From Gemmatimonadales bacterium (lineage in GTDB: Bacteria > Gemmatimonadota > Gemmatimonadetes > Gemmatimonadales > GWC2-71-9), in assembly GCA_965249575.1 (NCBI GenBank), contig OZ252244.1, positions 3,795,290-3,859,289 of the forward strand: a stretch of 64,000 bases of DNA. Direction: 5' to 3'. The notes below the pieces were generated by a model that was given only the letters and a program-made list of their open reading frames with translations, had not been told where the DNA came from and ran no database searches. The translations under genes were made by a program, and so were the position numbers. Positions 1-14,193 of the stretch are shown here, piece by piece (position 1 is the first letter of the stretch; each line of letters begins with the position of its first letter).

Positions 1-1
1 G

Positions 2-406
2 ACGGGAATCGCCGCTTGGACGGCCGCGTGCAGCGCGCGCGAAGCAGCCGAAGAGGCAGAGCCCGTGCTTGTGATGATCGACGAGCCGGCTGGGGGGGCG
101 ACCGTTCAGGGTCCGGACGTTCGGATCGCGATGTCGGTGAACGGTATCGAGCTCGCGCCGGCGGCCGACGAGCGCGAAGGAACCGCGCATCATCACCTGT
201 TCATCGATCAGGACATCACAGCGGCCAGCGTGGAGATTCCCGCGGGCATGACGGGGATCATCCACCTTGGCAGTGCTCAAACCGAATTCGTTGCTGAGGG
301 AATGGCGCCCGGAGAGCATCGCGTGATCGCTGTCCTCGCCGATTGGGGGCACGTTCCGTTGAACCCACTGGCCACCGATACAGTGACTTTTTCGGTTCAG
401 CCGTAG
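2..406 (+). CDS. DUF4399-like putative lipoprotein, 5' truncated by window edge
   Basis: Frame is open from base 2 (TGIAAWTAAC = lipobox-like). Contains HHHLFID, IIHLG and PGEHRVIAVLAD..H motifs typical of DUF4399. Confidence 0.7.
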   Translation, partial: TGIAAWTAACSAREAAEEAEPVLVMIDEPAGGATVQGPDVRIAMSVNGIELAPAADEREGTAHHHLFIDQDITAASVEIPAGMTGIIHLGSAQTEFVAEGMAPGEHRVIAVLADWGHVPLNPLATDTVTFSVQP

Positions 407-530
407 GAGAACACAAGTCTAGGGGAACCGCACACCGCACGGGTCGGGCGCACTACCGGCGTGCCCTCGTGGTCACTATGTTGCCGACGCTGAGGTTGAG
501 GCGGGGTTGAGTCCTCCGCCATCACGCTTG

Positions 531-604
531 CGGGGCGTGGCGCAGTCCGGTAGCGCGCTTGGTTTGGGACCAAGAGGTCGCCGGTTCAAATCCGGCCGCC
601 CCGA
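531..604 (+). tRNA. tRNA-Pro(UGG)
   Basis: Cloverleaf with acceptor CGGGGCG/CGCCCCG, anticodon arm CTTGG-TTTGGGA-CCAAG and T-loop TTCAAAT. CCA is not encoded. Confidence 0.97.
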
Positions 605-916
605 CTGGCTGCGTCGCGGAGATCCTGACAGCCATTACGCGACGGTATTCCACCCGGCCCAACCCTTATCTGCCTGACGAGCCGCGAAGCCAAGCGCTGG
701 CCTCACGAAATACCCAACAACGTGAAGAGACGGGGCCGTGGTCCCGGCCCTAAAACCGGCTGGGGGTTGTCATTCACATCGCCAGGCCGTTATTTGGGGG
801 CGTTCTTCCCTCGGCCTCGCGTCCTCCCATCCTAGCCCGGACGCTGGCTGCCTGCTCCAGCGTAATGGGCGCGAGCCCGCGCCGGAACGTTAGTTCGATC
901 TTTTCTGACCGAGGCG

Positions 917-2587
917 GTGCTCGTGCGGCGACTGCGGATCGGGATAATAGACCTCGTTACAAAGGGCCCCACACGGGCCCTGTACGCACGGATCATGAAC
1001 CCGAACTACGCGAGCATCATGCCCCAGGCGGTGGCCGTGTGGTGCGAAGAGGCTGGCCACGACGTGACGTTCGTGTGTTACACGGGGTTCGAGAACCTGC
1101 TCGACGAGCTTCCCGAGAACATGGATCTGCTGTTCGTGGGGGCCTTCACCCAGGCCGGACAGCTCGCATACGCTCTCAGCAACCTGTTCCGGAAACGGGG
1201 GGCAGTTACGGTGCTCGGCGGTCCGCACGCCCGGTGCTACCCGGAGGACGCCCGCCAGTACTTCGACTATGTCGTTGGGTTCACCGACCGCGAGATCGTT
1301 GACGACATCCTGCGTGATTGCTCGGCGCACCGTCCGTTCGGTTGTCACCTGAGCGCTCCTCGGCAACCGGTACATCTCCCGGGCATCCGGGACCGCTGGA
1401 AATTTGCGGAGCCGACGTTCTCGAAGTCGCCGACTAGTATCAAAGGCGTTCCAATGCTCGGGAGCCTGGGGTGTCCGTATACATGTTGCTTCTGCATCGA
1501 CTCCGTCGTGGACTACCAACCACTCGACTACGACCAAATCCGCGACGATTTGCGCTTCCTGGTCAAGAAACTCCCGAACGGCTGGGTGGGATGGCACGAT
1601 CCCAACTTCGGGGTCCGCTTCGACGACTACCTGTCCCTGATCGAAGACGCCGTCCCGCCGGGATCGCTCAGTTTCTGTGCGGAGAGTAGCCTCTCGCTGC
1701 TCTCCGAGTCGAACGTCAAGCGGCTGAGCGCCGCCGGATTCCGGGTCATGATCCCCGGTATCGAGTCGTGGTTCAGCCTCGGCAACAAGTCGAAAACCCG
1801 GGGAAAGACCGGGTTCGAGAAGGTCAAGCAGGTGTCCGAGCACGTCAACATGATCATGGACCACATCCCCTACGTGCAGACGAACTTCGTGCTTGGGTTG
1901 GACGACGATCATGGCGAGGAGGCGTTCGAGCTGACCAAGCGATTCGTCGACATGACACCCGGGGCTTTCCCGGGATATTCACTGCTTTCGGCGTTCGGCG
2001 AAGCCGCACCGCTCAATCTCGATTTGCAGCGGAGCGGTCGGGTTCGACCGTTCCCGTTCCACTTTATGAATTGCGCGCAAGCGGGAAACGTCGTCCCAGC
2101 GCACTATGGGTGGACCGAATTCTACGACTATGTCATCGACGTAACCGGCTACACGTTCTCGTGGAAGAACATCGCCCGGCGCGCCCGGGCGGCCCAGGCT
2201 CCTCTTGCGCGCTGGTTGAATATCGTGCGCGCGATCTCGAGCGAGGGCTTCGGCAGGCTCAAGTACTACGGCAAGGTGCGGCGACTGCTCGACGAGGATC
2301 AGAGCGTGCGCCGGTTCTATGACGGAAAGACCGACGAGGTCCCCGATTTCTTTATCGATCGGGTTCGACGCGATTTGGGCCCGTTGTGGCAGCACCTGCC
2401 ACCGGGGGCGCTCGACCACGACCCGAAAGCCTACCTCAAGAAAACCGAAGCCCGGAAGTCAACGGAGGAGGGAGTCGCGAGCGCACCGGCCAGCGGCCAG
2501 GGACCCGTCCAGATCTCACGGCTCGCCCAGACGGGCATCGCCGAGCAGGCGAGCCCGGCCCAAAACCCCGCGGCTCTCGATCTCTGA
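917..2587 (+). CDS. B12-binding domain radical SAM protein
   Basis: N-terminal cobalamin-binding-type region (VLGGPHA), CxxxCxxC motif GCPYTCCFC, GIES and FVLGLD motifs. Confidence 0.85.
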   Translation: MLVRRLRIGIIDLVTKGPTRALYARIMNPNYASIMPQAVAVWCEEAGHDVTFVCYTGFENLLDELPENMDLLFVGAFTQAGQLAYALSNLFRKRGAVTVLGGPHARCYPEDARQYFDYVVGFTDREIVDDILRDCSAHRPFGCHLSAPRQPVHLPGIRDRWKFAEPTFSKSPTSIKGVPMLGSLGCPYTCCFCIDSVVDYQPLDYDQIRDDLRFLVKKLPNGWVGWHDPNFGVRFDDYLSLIEDAVPPGSLSFCAESSLSLLSESNVKRLSAAGFRVMIPGIESWFSLGNKSKTRGKTGFEKVKQVSEHVNMIMDHIPYVQTNFVLGLDDDHGEEAFELTKRFVDMTPGAFPGYSLLSAFGEAAPLNLDLQRSGRVRPFPFHFMNCAQAGNVVPAHYGWTEFYDYVIDVTGYTFSWKNIARRARAAQAPLARWLNIVRAISSEGFGRLKYYGKVRRLLDEDQSVRRFYDGKTDEVPDFFIDRVRRDLGPLWQHLPPGALDHDPKAYLKKTEARKSTEEGVASAPASGQGPVQISRLAQTGIAEQASPAQNPAALDL

Positions 2588-2793
2588 ACCGGGGGGCCAC
2601 CGGCTCCCCCTCCCACTCCCGCTCGACACGTTCGCCTCGGGTTCCCTAACGGCTTGAGCGAGCGGCGGCCAGTTCTGTTGTCCACTATATTCAAGACACA
2701 TTGAGCCGAAGGTCCCTCCATCGGACGAAAAGCCCGTTGAAGCTGACAACATAGTTTAGCTGCAGCTTGTAACTACATAGCTTATGATACTTT

Positions 2794-2867
<74 letters not shown>

Positions 2868-2930
2868 TCCGCTGAGGAGATCCCAACCAACGGGCGGGAA
2901 GCTGCTCTCGCCGGTCGAGGCCTCGCGACC

Positions 2931-4553
2931 ATGCCTATCGCCCATCGCGTGACCCCGGTATCCCGAGCCCTCTTCCTCGCAGTAGTCGTAGTGCTCGGCT
3001 CAACGTCGGGCCCGCGTACCGGTGCCGGCCAGGGCGCGATCCACCGGGCCTTCCAGGACCTGTGGGCCGCGAGTGATTCAGGGCGAGCCGATGCTGCCGT
3101 GGACGCCCTTCTGGACCTCGACCTCTCCTTCGACTCGGCCCTGCACCGACTCCGGGTTGGCCGTGACTACACCGCGCGAGTCGCGACCGGCAGGATCGAC
3201 CTGAGCCGGGTTTCGCCGGCAGGTATGGAGCGCCATTACACGATCGTGGTGCCCGAGGGTTACGACCACCAGCTTCGCTACCCGGTCAGGGTATTCCTGC
3301 ACGGGGGCGTCGAACGGGAGGGCAAGCGTCGCGGTGGCTCATGGCGGCATGATCGATACTCTGGAGCCGATTGGATCGCCGTATTCCCGTCTGGGTGGCG
3401 TGATGCCATGTGGTGGTTCGAGAATCAGGTTGAAAACGTGATGGGCATTCTGGGCACGCTCAGGCAGACCTACAATGTCGACGAAAACCGCGTGCACCTG
3501 TTTGGCGTATCGGATGGCGGAACCGGCGCGTACTTCTTCGGCATGAAAGCAGCAACCCCCTGGGCTGGTATCCTCCCGCTGCTGGGACATCCCTCAGTAC
3601 TCGCCAACCCTCGGGTGCAGGCCGACGGCCAGCTCTACGTGGTCAATCTCCGCAACGTGCCCCTGTTGGTGGTCAACGGCGCTCTCGATCCGATGTACCC
3701 CGCGCATCGGCTGGAGCCGTACGTAGCGCTGTACCGCGAAGCGGGGATCGACGCGACCTTCCGGGATCTAAAAAATGTCGGCCACAACATGTCCTGGTGG
3801 GAGGCGGAGTCGGAGAACATCGCAAGCTTCATCCGCGACCACCCGCGGGATCCCCTACCGGATTCCGTTACGTGGGAAACGGAGCGCATTGATCGGTACA
3901 ATCGAGCAAGCTGGGTGGTCGTCTCCGAGCTCGGGGAGGCTCGAGACGAGGCGACCCTTCCAGATTTCAATTCCGTTGCGGCTCCCGAACCGCGGCCCGC
4001 GCTCGGGGTCGGCGTCGAGGACGTGGCGGGGCAGGGTGTCAGGCTGACCCGGATCAACGATGGATCCGTTGCCCAAGTGGCCGGACTCCGCCCGGGCGAT
4101 ATCGTCGTGTCCGTCGACGGCGTGCAGACGCCCACGGAGGCGAGCCTCATCGCTCAGGTACGGGATATCCGGTTCGGGAGCCGTGTCCAACTCAGCATCG
4201 AGCGGGACGGCGCGCGCAGACCGATCACCGTGGTCTATCCCCCGCCGCCCCCGCCCGAGGAACCCTATCTGGTCTTTCCTCACTTCCAGCCCTCAGGGCG
4301 CATCGAGGTTGTACGGCGGGGCAATTCCGTCGAGGTCAAGACCAACGGGATCAGGACCTATCGGCTCCTCCTGTCAGCAGATCGATTCGATCTCCAGGAA
4401 CCCGTGACGGTGAGGACGAACGGACACGCTTCGTTCGAAGGTGTGGTCAATGTGAATACGGAAACCCTCCTGAGGTGGGCGGCGCGGGATCACGACCGCA
4501 CGATGCTCTTCGCCGCCGAACTCGACATCCGGTTGCCAGCATCAACACCGTAG
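2931..4553 (+). CDS. Secreted alpha/beta-hydrolase (esterase/peptidase-like) with PDZ domain
   Basis: Signal-peptide-like N-terminus; FLHGG, nucleophile elbow GVSDGG, NGALD (Asp), VGHN (His); PDZ signature LGV...GSVAQVAGLRPGDIVVSVDG. Confidence 0.75.
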   Translation: MPIAHRVTPVSRALFLAVVVVLGSTSGPRTGAGQGAIHRAFQDLWAASDSGRADAAVDALLDLDLSFDSALHRLRVGRDYTARVATGRIDLSRVSPAGMERHYTIVVPEGYDHQLRYPVRVFLHGGVEREGKRRGGSWRHDRYSGADWIAVFPSGWRDAMWWFENQVENVMGILGTLRQTYNVDENRVHLFGVSDGGTGAYFFGMKAATPWAGILPLLGHPSVLANPRVQADGQLYVVNLRNVPLLVVNGALDPMYPAHRLEPYVALYREAGIDATFRDLKNVGHNMSWWEAESENIASFIRDHPRDPLPDSVTWETERIDRYNRASWVVVSELGEARDEATLPDFNSVAAPEPRPALGVGVEDVAGQGVRLTRINDGSVAQVAGLRPGDIVVSVDGVQTPTEASLIAQVRDIRFGSRVQLSIERDGARRPITVVYPPPPPPEEPYLVFPHFQPSGRIEVVRRGNSVEVKTNGIRTYRLLLSADRFDLQEPVTVRTNGHASFEGVVNVNTETLLRWAARDHDRTMLFAAELDIRLPASTP

Positions 4554-4602
4554 CCCCCGCCCTTCACCTTCATCAGCTCCCACCAGATTGGCCGGTTCGC
4601 TC

Positions 4603-4631
4603 TCGAAACCGGAGGCGGAGCGGGCTATAAT
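4603..4631 (+). promoter_or_regulatory. sigma70-type promoter for mgtE (probably leaderless)
   Basis: TCGAAA-17 bp-TATAAT, with ATG 6 nt after the -10 box. Confidence 0.55.
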
Positions 4632-4637
4632 GCGCAC

Positions 4638-5927
4638 ATGTTACCTGACAGGACCCCCGGTATGACGGGCGAGGAGCTCTCGGCAGCCTGGGGGATCCTA
4701 ACACGCGAAGAGCGGCTTGAAGCCTTCTCCCATCTGGGGGAAGAGGACGGACAGAACTTCTTCGGCCTGCTCGATGCCATCGACCAGGCCGAGCTGCTGC
4801 TCAGTCTGCCACAAGGAGGGCGCGCGCGTTTCCTCGCCCTCCTCCCGCCGGACGACCTCGCCGACGTGTTCCAGGAACTCGACGAACGCGCCCAGAAGGT
4901 AGTCTTCAAGTCCCTCGCACCGGAGGATCTCGCAGAGGTTCGAGAGCTCGCCGCCTACGATTGGGACGACGCCGGCGGGATCATGACGCCCGACTTCGCT
5001 CACATCCTCCCGGACATGATCGTCGACCGTGCGATCGTCTCGCTGAGACTTCAGCTCAAGGAGCAGCCCGAAACACTACGCTACGTATACGTGCTGGAGA
5101 AAGATGGACGGCTGGCCGGTGTCGTGAGCTTCCGTGACCTGTTCGGCGCCCCTTCGAGCACACGAGTTCGCGATCTCATGAAGACCGACCTGGTTTCGGT
5201 GCGCGAGGATACCGATCAAGAGGAGGTCGCCCGCCTGATGCGGGACCACGGAATCACCGCGATACCGGTTCTCGACGCCCTCCGTCGTGTCAAGGGAATC
5301 ATAACCAGCGACGATGTCCTCGCCGTCATGGAGGAAGAAGCGACAGAAGACATTCACAAACTGGCCGCGGTTGCCCCTACGGAAATGGACTACGCCCGAG
5401 CCGGGGTAGGGCTCCTCTGGCGCCGACGCGCCGGATGGCTTGTCGTGCTCCTGGTGGCGGGAGTCTTGACGGCTCTCATCATGGAGCGGTTTGAGGACAC
5501 ACTCCGGGCAAGCGTCGTCTTGGCGTTCTACGTTCCACTGCTGATGGGAGCCGCCGGAAACACGGGCACTCAGTCGGCCATGCTCGTCGTTCGGAGCCTC
5601 GCAACCGGCGACTTGCAGACCCGCGAGTGGACGCGGGTGCTCCTGAAGGAACTGGCCGTGGGCTCGCTCTTGGCCCTCATGCTAGCATCACTGCTGGGCA
5701 TTCTGGGATACTACTCCAGTCACGGGGGGCCCAAGGTGGCGTTCGTTCTCGCCGCGACGATGGCGGCCGTCGTGCTATGGGCGAACCTGATCGGCGCCGC
5801 GCTGCCCGTGTTGATCCGGGCGATCCGCCTCGACCCCGCCGTAGTTTCGGCCCCGCTCGTCGCGACCCTGGTGGATGTCTCCGGGATTGCCATCTATTTG
5901 ACCATTGCGGCCTGGGTATTGGGTTGA
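4638..5927 (+). CDS. mgtE: Magnesium transporter MgtE
   Basis: MgtE N-domain, CBS pair (AGGIMT, YVYV, GIIT.DD), TM motifs PLLMGAAGNTGTQ and DPAVVSAPLVATLVD. Confidence 0.95.
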   Translation: MLPDRTPGMTGEELSAAWGILTREERLEAFSHLGEEDGQNFFGLLDAIDQAELLLSLPQGGRARFLALLPPDDLADVFQELDERAQKVVFKSLAPEDLAEVRELAAYDWDDAGGIMTPDFAHILPDMIVDRAIVSLRLQLKEQPETLRYVYVLEKDGRLAGVVSFRDLFGAPSSTRVRDLMKTDLVSVREDTDQEEVARLMRDHGITAIPVLDALRRVKGIITSDDVLAVMEEEATEDIHKLAAVAPTEMDYARAGVGLLWRRRAGWLVVLLVAGVLTALIMERFEDTLRASVVLAFYVPLLMGAAGNTGTQSAMLVVRSLATGDLQTREWTRVLLKELAVGSLLALMLASLLGILGYYSSHGGPKVAFVLAATMAAVVLWANLIGAALPVLIRAIRLDPAVVSAPLVATLVDVSGIAIYLTIAAWVLG

Positions 5928-6164
5928 TCCGAGGATGAGCGACTGGTGTGCCGACGCAGTCACCCCGACGAACAAGCTCCGAGACGATAGTGATTTGGGC
6001 GCACTTGCCGTCGCGCCCGCCGCCGCGGGGAGTTAGGGGAAGGGTGGGGTACGCAGGGAACGGTCGCTATTCCGGTTGTGGGACGTCGTGTCCCTGGGGC
6101 GCAAGGTTACATTGATGGGGAATCTCAGACGACACTAAGGTATCATGCAAGGAATCGAGCCCTC

Positions 6165-8570
6165 ATGACCCCGCGAGCGAGCCAGCCGAAAGCATTGCGC
6201 GATCAGCCGCGGGCCGGGAACGGTAAACCCGCGGGTCCGGATGCTGTACGAACCGAGGAGGTCGACACCACCCTGGACAGCGATGGTGGGCTCGTCACTG
6301 AGGGCGAGGCTGCGAACGGTGAAGTGGAGACAGTCGTTCCGGCTCCTGTGTCGTTGGGCGCCGAGCCTTCTCCGAGTACGCTCGAGCCACCGGCGTCGGC
6401 CAGAACGCCCCCCGACCGCGTTCCTCCTCCTGTAGCCACGCCGGATGCACCACACGATCTCTCCCGGTCCGAGTATTTTCTCAATCGGGAGTTGACCTGG
6501 CTCAACTATACGTTCCGAATCCTCCACGAGGCGGAGGACGAGCGCACCCCGCTTCTCGAGCGGATGAAGTTCATCGCCATCGTCAGCTCCAATCTGGACG
6601 AGTTCTTCATGAAGCGGATTGGGGGGCTCAAACAGCAGGTGGGAGCGGGGATCCACGACTTGAGTGTCGACGGCCGGACCCCCGAGGAACAGATCGCCCA
6701 GTGCTACGATCTCGTGCGCGAGGTGGAGCGGCGGAAGCACGTTGCGTTATTGAAGACCGTGTCGGCGCTGGAGAGCGCGGGCATCCTGCTCACGACCTAC
6801 GAGCGGCTCCCCTCGGAGGATCAAAAGCGCCTGCGCCAGTACTACGTAGAGAACATCTATCCGCTAGTCACCCCACAGGGTAGCGACCCAGCACACCCGT
6901 TTCCATTCATCTCGAACCTCTCGCTCAATCTGCTCGTGAGCCTGCGTTCTAGAAAGGACTCGGCGCAGTCGCTCGCGCGGGTCAAAGTCCCCGTGGGGGC
7001 GGGGATTCCGCGCTTTCTCCGCGTGCGCGACACCGACGTGTTCGTCACGCTGGAGAGCGTGATGGCCCACAACCTCGACGTGCTCTTCCCGGGCATCGAG
7101 GTCAACAGTTGCGAGGTCTTCCGTGTTACCCGGAACGCGAACACCGAGGTTGAGGAGGAGAACGCCGACGATCTCCTGGCGGTGATCGAAACGGGGCTGC
7201 GAGAGCGGAAGTTTGCGCCGGTCGTGCGGCTCGAGGTCGCACGCTCCATGCAGCCGTACAACCGGGGCCGGCTGGCTGCGGAGCTGGGGCTCGATGAACG
7301 TGCGGATGTGTTCGAGGTCGAGGGGCTGCTCGGTATGCGTGACCTGATGCAGTTGGCTCTGCTCGAGCGCGCAGCACTGCGCGATCCGCCCCATCACCCG
7401 ATTGATCATCCGCAGCTCGGAACCGACCGCAGCATCTTTCACGTTATCCGAGATCTCGGATCGATTCTCCTACACCATCCGTATCAGGCTTTCTCGACCT
7501 CGGTCGTGCGATTTCTGCGCGAGGCGAGTCAAGACCCAAAGGTGCGAGCCATCAAAATGACGTTGTATCGCACCTCGGCGGAGTCCAGGCCGATCGATTA
7601 CCTGATCGAGGCAGCCCGCAACGGCAAGCAGGTAGCGGTCGTGGTGGAGCTCAAGGCGCGATTCGATGAGGAGGCAAATATCCGCTGGGCCAACCGGCTG
7701 GAGGCGACCGGTATCCACGTCACGTACGGCGTCGTGGGTCTCAAGACCCACTGCAAGGCGATTCTCGTTGTCCGACAAGACTACAACGGCCTGGCGCGGT
7801 ACGCGCACGTGGGAACTGGGAACTATCACGCGGGCACGGCGCGCCTGTATTCCGACCTCGCCATCTTCACGAACGATCCGGCCATCGGAAAGGATTTGAC
7901 CGAGCTCTTCAACTACCTAACGACGGGTTACAGGCCAAAGCGCAACTATACCAAGGTGCTCCCGGCACCAAAGGTGTTGAAGCGGGCGCTCCTCGAGAAG
8001 ATCGACCGGGAGGTCACGGCGCACTCGGCTGACTCTCCGGGCTTGATCCAGCTTAAGCTGAACGCGCTAGAAGACGCAGACGTCACCCGGGCATTGTATC
8101 GAGCGTCGCAGGCGGGGGTCACGATCGACCTGATCGTGCGGGACACGTGCCGATTGCGGCCGGGCATCGCGGGGTTATCGGAGACGATTCGTGTGATCAG
8201 CGTCGTCGGCCGGTTTCTCGAGCATTCGCGCATCTACTACTTCCGGAACGGCGGTGCGGAGGAGTACTACATCGGGTCGGCGGACTGCATGCAGCGCAAT
8301 CTCGAAAGCCGCGTGGAGGTGCTCGCACCCGTCGAGGCGCCAGAGCTGCGGCAGGACCTTAGGGTCGTACTCGACACGCAGCTGGCCGATCAGCGCAGCG
8401 CCTGGGAAATGCAGCCGGACGGCAGCTACGTTCAGCGAATGCCGGTCAAGCGCAAGGAGGAGCGCAGCTCACAGCGGGCGCTGATTGAGTGGGCCGAGAA
8501 GCGCCACCGGGAAGCAAGCCGATTGCGCCGTCGGAAGCCTCGGGGGATCTCCAGGCGCAACGTCCGCTGA
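6165..8570 (+). CDS. ppk1: Polyphosphate kinase 1
   Basis: NRELTWL, SNLDEFFMKR, HPFPFISN, LLHHPY, ELKARFDE, KTHCK, GTGNY, RFLEHSR and GSADCMQRNL motifs. Start placed at ATG 6165 (the ORF track opens at 6078). Confidence 0.96.
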   Translation: MTPRASQPKALRDQPRAGNGKPAGPDAVRTEEVDTTLDSDGGLVTEGEAANGEVETVVPAPVSLGAEPSPSTLEPPASARTPPDRVPPPVATPDAPHDLSRSEYFLNRELTWLNYTFRILHEAEDERTPLLERMKFIAIVSSNLDEFFMKRIGGLKQQVGAGIHDLSVDGRTPEEQIAQCYDLVREVERRKHVALLKTVSALESAGILLTTYERLPSEDQKRLRQYYVENIYPLVTPQGSDPAHPFPFISNLSLNLLVSLRSRKDSAQSLARVKVPVGAGIPRFLRVRDTDVFVTLESVMAHNLDVLFPGIEVNSCEVFRVTRNANTEVEEENADDLLAVIETGLRERKFAPVVRLEVARSMQPYNRGRLAAELGLDERADVFEVEGLLGMRDLMQLALLERAALRDPPHHPIDHPQLGTDRSIFHVIRDLGSILLHHPYQAFSTSVVRFLREASQDPKVRAIKMTLYRTSAESRPIDYLIEAARNGKQVAVVVELKARFDEEANIRWANRLEATGIHVTYGVVGLKTHCKAILVVRQDYNGLARYAHVGTGNYHAGTARLYSDLAIFTNDPAIGKDLTELFNYLTTGYRPKRNYTKVLPAPKVLKRALLEKIDREVTAHSADSPGLIQLKLNALEDADVTRALYRASQAGVTIDLIVRDTCRLRPGIAGLSETIRVISVVGRFLEHSRIYYFRNGGAEEYYIGSADCMQRNLESRVEVLAPVEAPELRQDLRVVLDTQLADQRSAWEMQPDGSYVQRMPVKRKEERSSQRALIEWAEKRHREASRLRRRKPRGISRRNVR

Positions 8571-8693
8571 GGGCGCGGGCAATTCCCTTCAAAAACGGCC
8601 CGCCGGAGCGTGGGTGCGGGGCGGAACGGTCGGTGGGAACCGGAGTGCTGCGTCGTCGGCTGTAACCTCTAACCTTGTGGTAGCTTACGCCCC

Positions 8694-8722
8694 TTGACTC
8701 CTGGGGGTCGCCCGGGTAAGCT
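8694..8722 (+). promoter_or_regulatory. rRNA operon sigma70 promoter
   Basis: TTGACT-17 bp-TAAGCT about 185 bp upstream of 16S. Confidence 0.8.
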
Positions 8723-8759
8723 TTTTAGGCTGGCTACGTTTTTGTGGCCGGACCTTTTT

Positions 8760-8772
8760 TGCTCTTTGATAA
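8760..8772 (+). promoter_or_regulatory. boxA antitermination element (rrn leader)
   Basis: TGCTCTTTGATAA; a second copy GCTCTTTGACAA lies in the ITS. Leader 8771-8802 pairs with 10509-10538 (16S processing stem). Confidence 0.8.
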
Positions 8773-8905
8773 TTGATCGGTGAGGGACATTGAGGAGTGC
8801 GGTCCCGTTATACAGCGGCGGGCGATCGGACGCTCGTCGTGAGGGATTACTCCGATGATTGTGATTCGGACGACCAAGGTCGTTTGGACAGAGCAAGTCG
8901 AATTC

Positions 8906-10455
<1,550 letters not shown>

Positions 10456-10539
10456 GGAATCCCGAGTAGCCCGGGCAGTTCGCCGGTGCCGAAAGGGTTT
10501 CAAGTCGCCCGCACTTTTCAATCCCTCGCCGATTGATTC

Positions 10540-10551
10540 GCTCTTTGACAA
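10540..10551 (+). promoter_or_regulatory. boxA in 16S-23S spacer
   Basis: GCTCTTTGACAA, followed by an arm complementary to the post-23S sequence near 13660-13692. Confidence 0.75.
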
Positions 10552-10655
10552 CTGATGCATGCGTGGAACGAAGTGGGAGTCGAGGAATCACTCTTCGCGG
10601 CCGCAAGGTCGGGAAGCACCGCCTCGGTCCATCGACCGGGGAGCGACTGATTTTT

Positions 10656-13640
<2,985 letters not shown>

Positions 13641-13703
13641 TCCCCGTAGCACCCATTTCACGCCTCCCGCTTCACCACGCATGCCGGTTGTCACCCCCAA
13701 ATT

Positions 13704-13821
<118 letters not shown>

Positions 13822-13830
13822 TTCCCTATG

Positions 13831-13872
13831 AAAACACCCGTGTTTCTTCGTCGAAGGAATGCGGGTGTTTTT
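13831..13872 (+). terminator. Intrinsic terminator of rrn operon
   Basis: AAAACACCCG...CGGGTGTTTTT hairpin with U-tract. Confidence 0.85.
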
Positions 13873-14050
13873 GAATATCTAACATCGAATTTTGAAGATC
13901 AAATATTGAGTATTGGAACTCGAATGGGCGCAGGCGACGCTCGTGGTGAGCGTTAGGGGAAGCGAATACGAATACCGAACACGGGGTGGCGAATCTCGAG
14001 TGAACCACTTCCGGAGTTCCATACTCACTTCGTTCGATAGTCGCCATTCC
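13873..14050. repeat. Degenerate 7-bp tandem repeat array with inverted second half
   Basis: 13873-13928 reads GAATATC TAACATC GAATTTT GAAGATC AAATATT GAGTATT GGAACTC GAATGGG. More units lie at about 13963-13998. An inverted copy GAGTTCCATACTCA (14014-14027) matches TGAGTATTGGAACTC (13907-13921). Confidence 0.65.
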
Positions 14051-14193
14051 CGAGTGCTCCTTGCGGTCCTATGTCTGCCCGCGTTATCTGATGGGACTCT
14101 GGGCCGGGCCGTGAAACGCGCCACCGCACGGCCCTGGACCCTGTCTCTGTCGGCGCGTGTCGCACGCCCCTACGCTGATTTCTTTGGAGACGT

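Noticed and set aside
13873..14050. CRISPR array or small ORFs in the post-rrn repeat
   Set aside because: The units are 7 bp, degenerate and unspaced, with no cas genes. The ORFs reflect the repeat periodicity.
14080..14120. Hammerhead-like words CTGATG...GAAAC with CGCGTT/AACGCG pairing upstream of the MFS gene
   Set aside because: The core is CTGATGG rather than CTGANGA, there is no stem I, and stem II is not properly closed.
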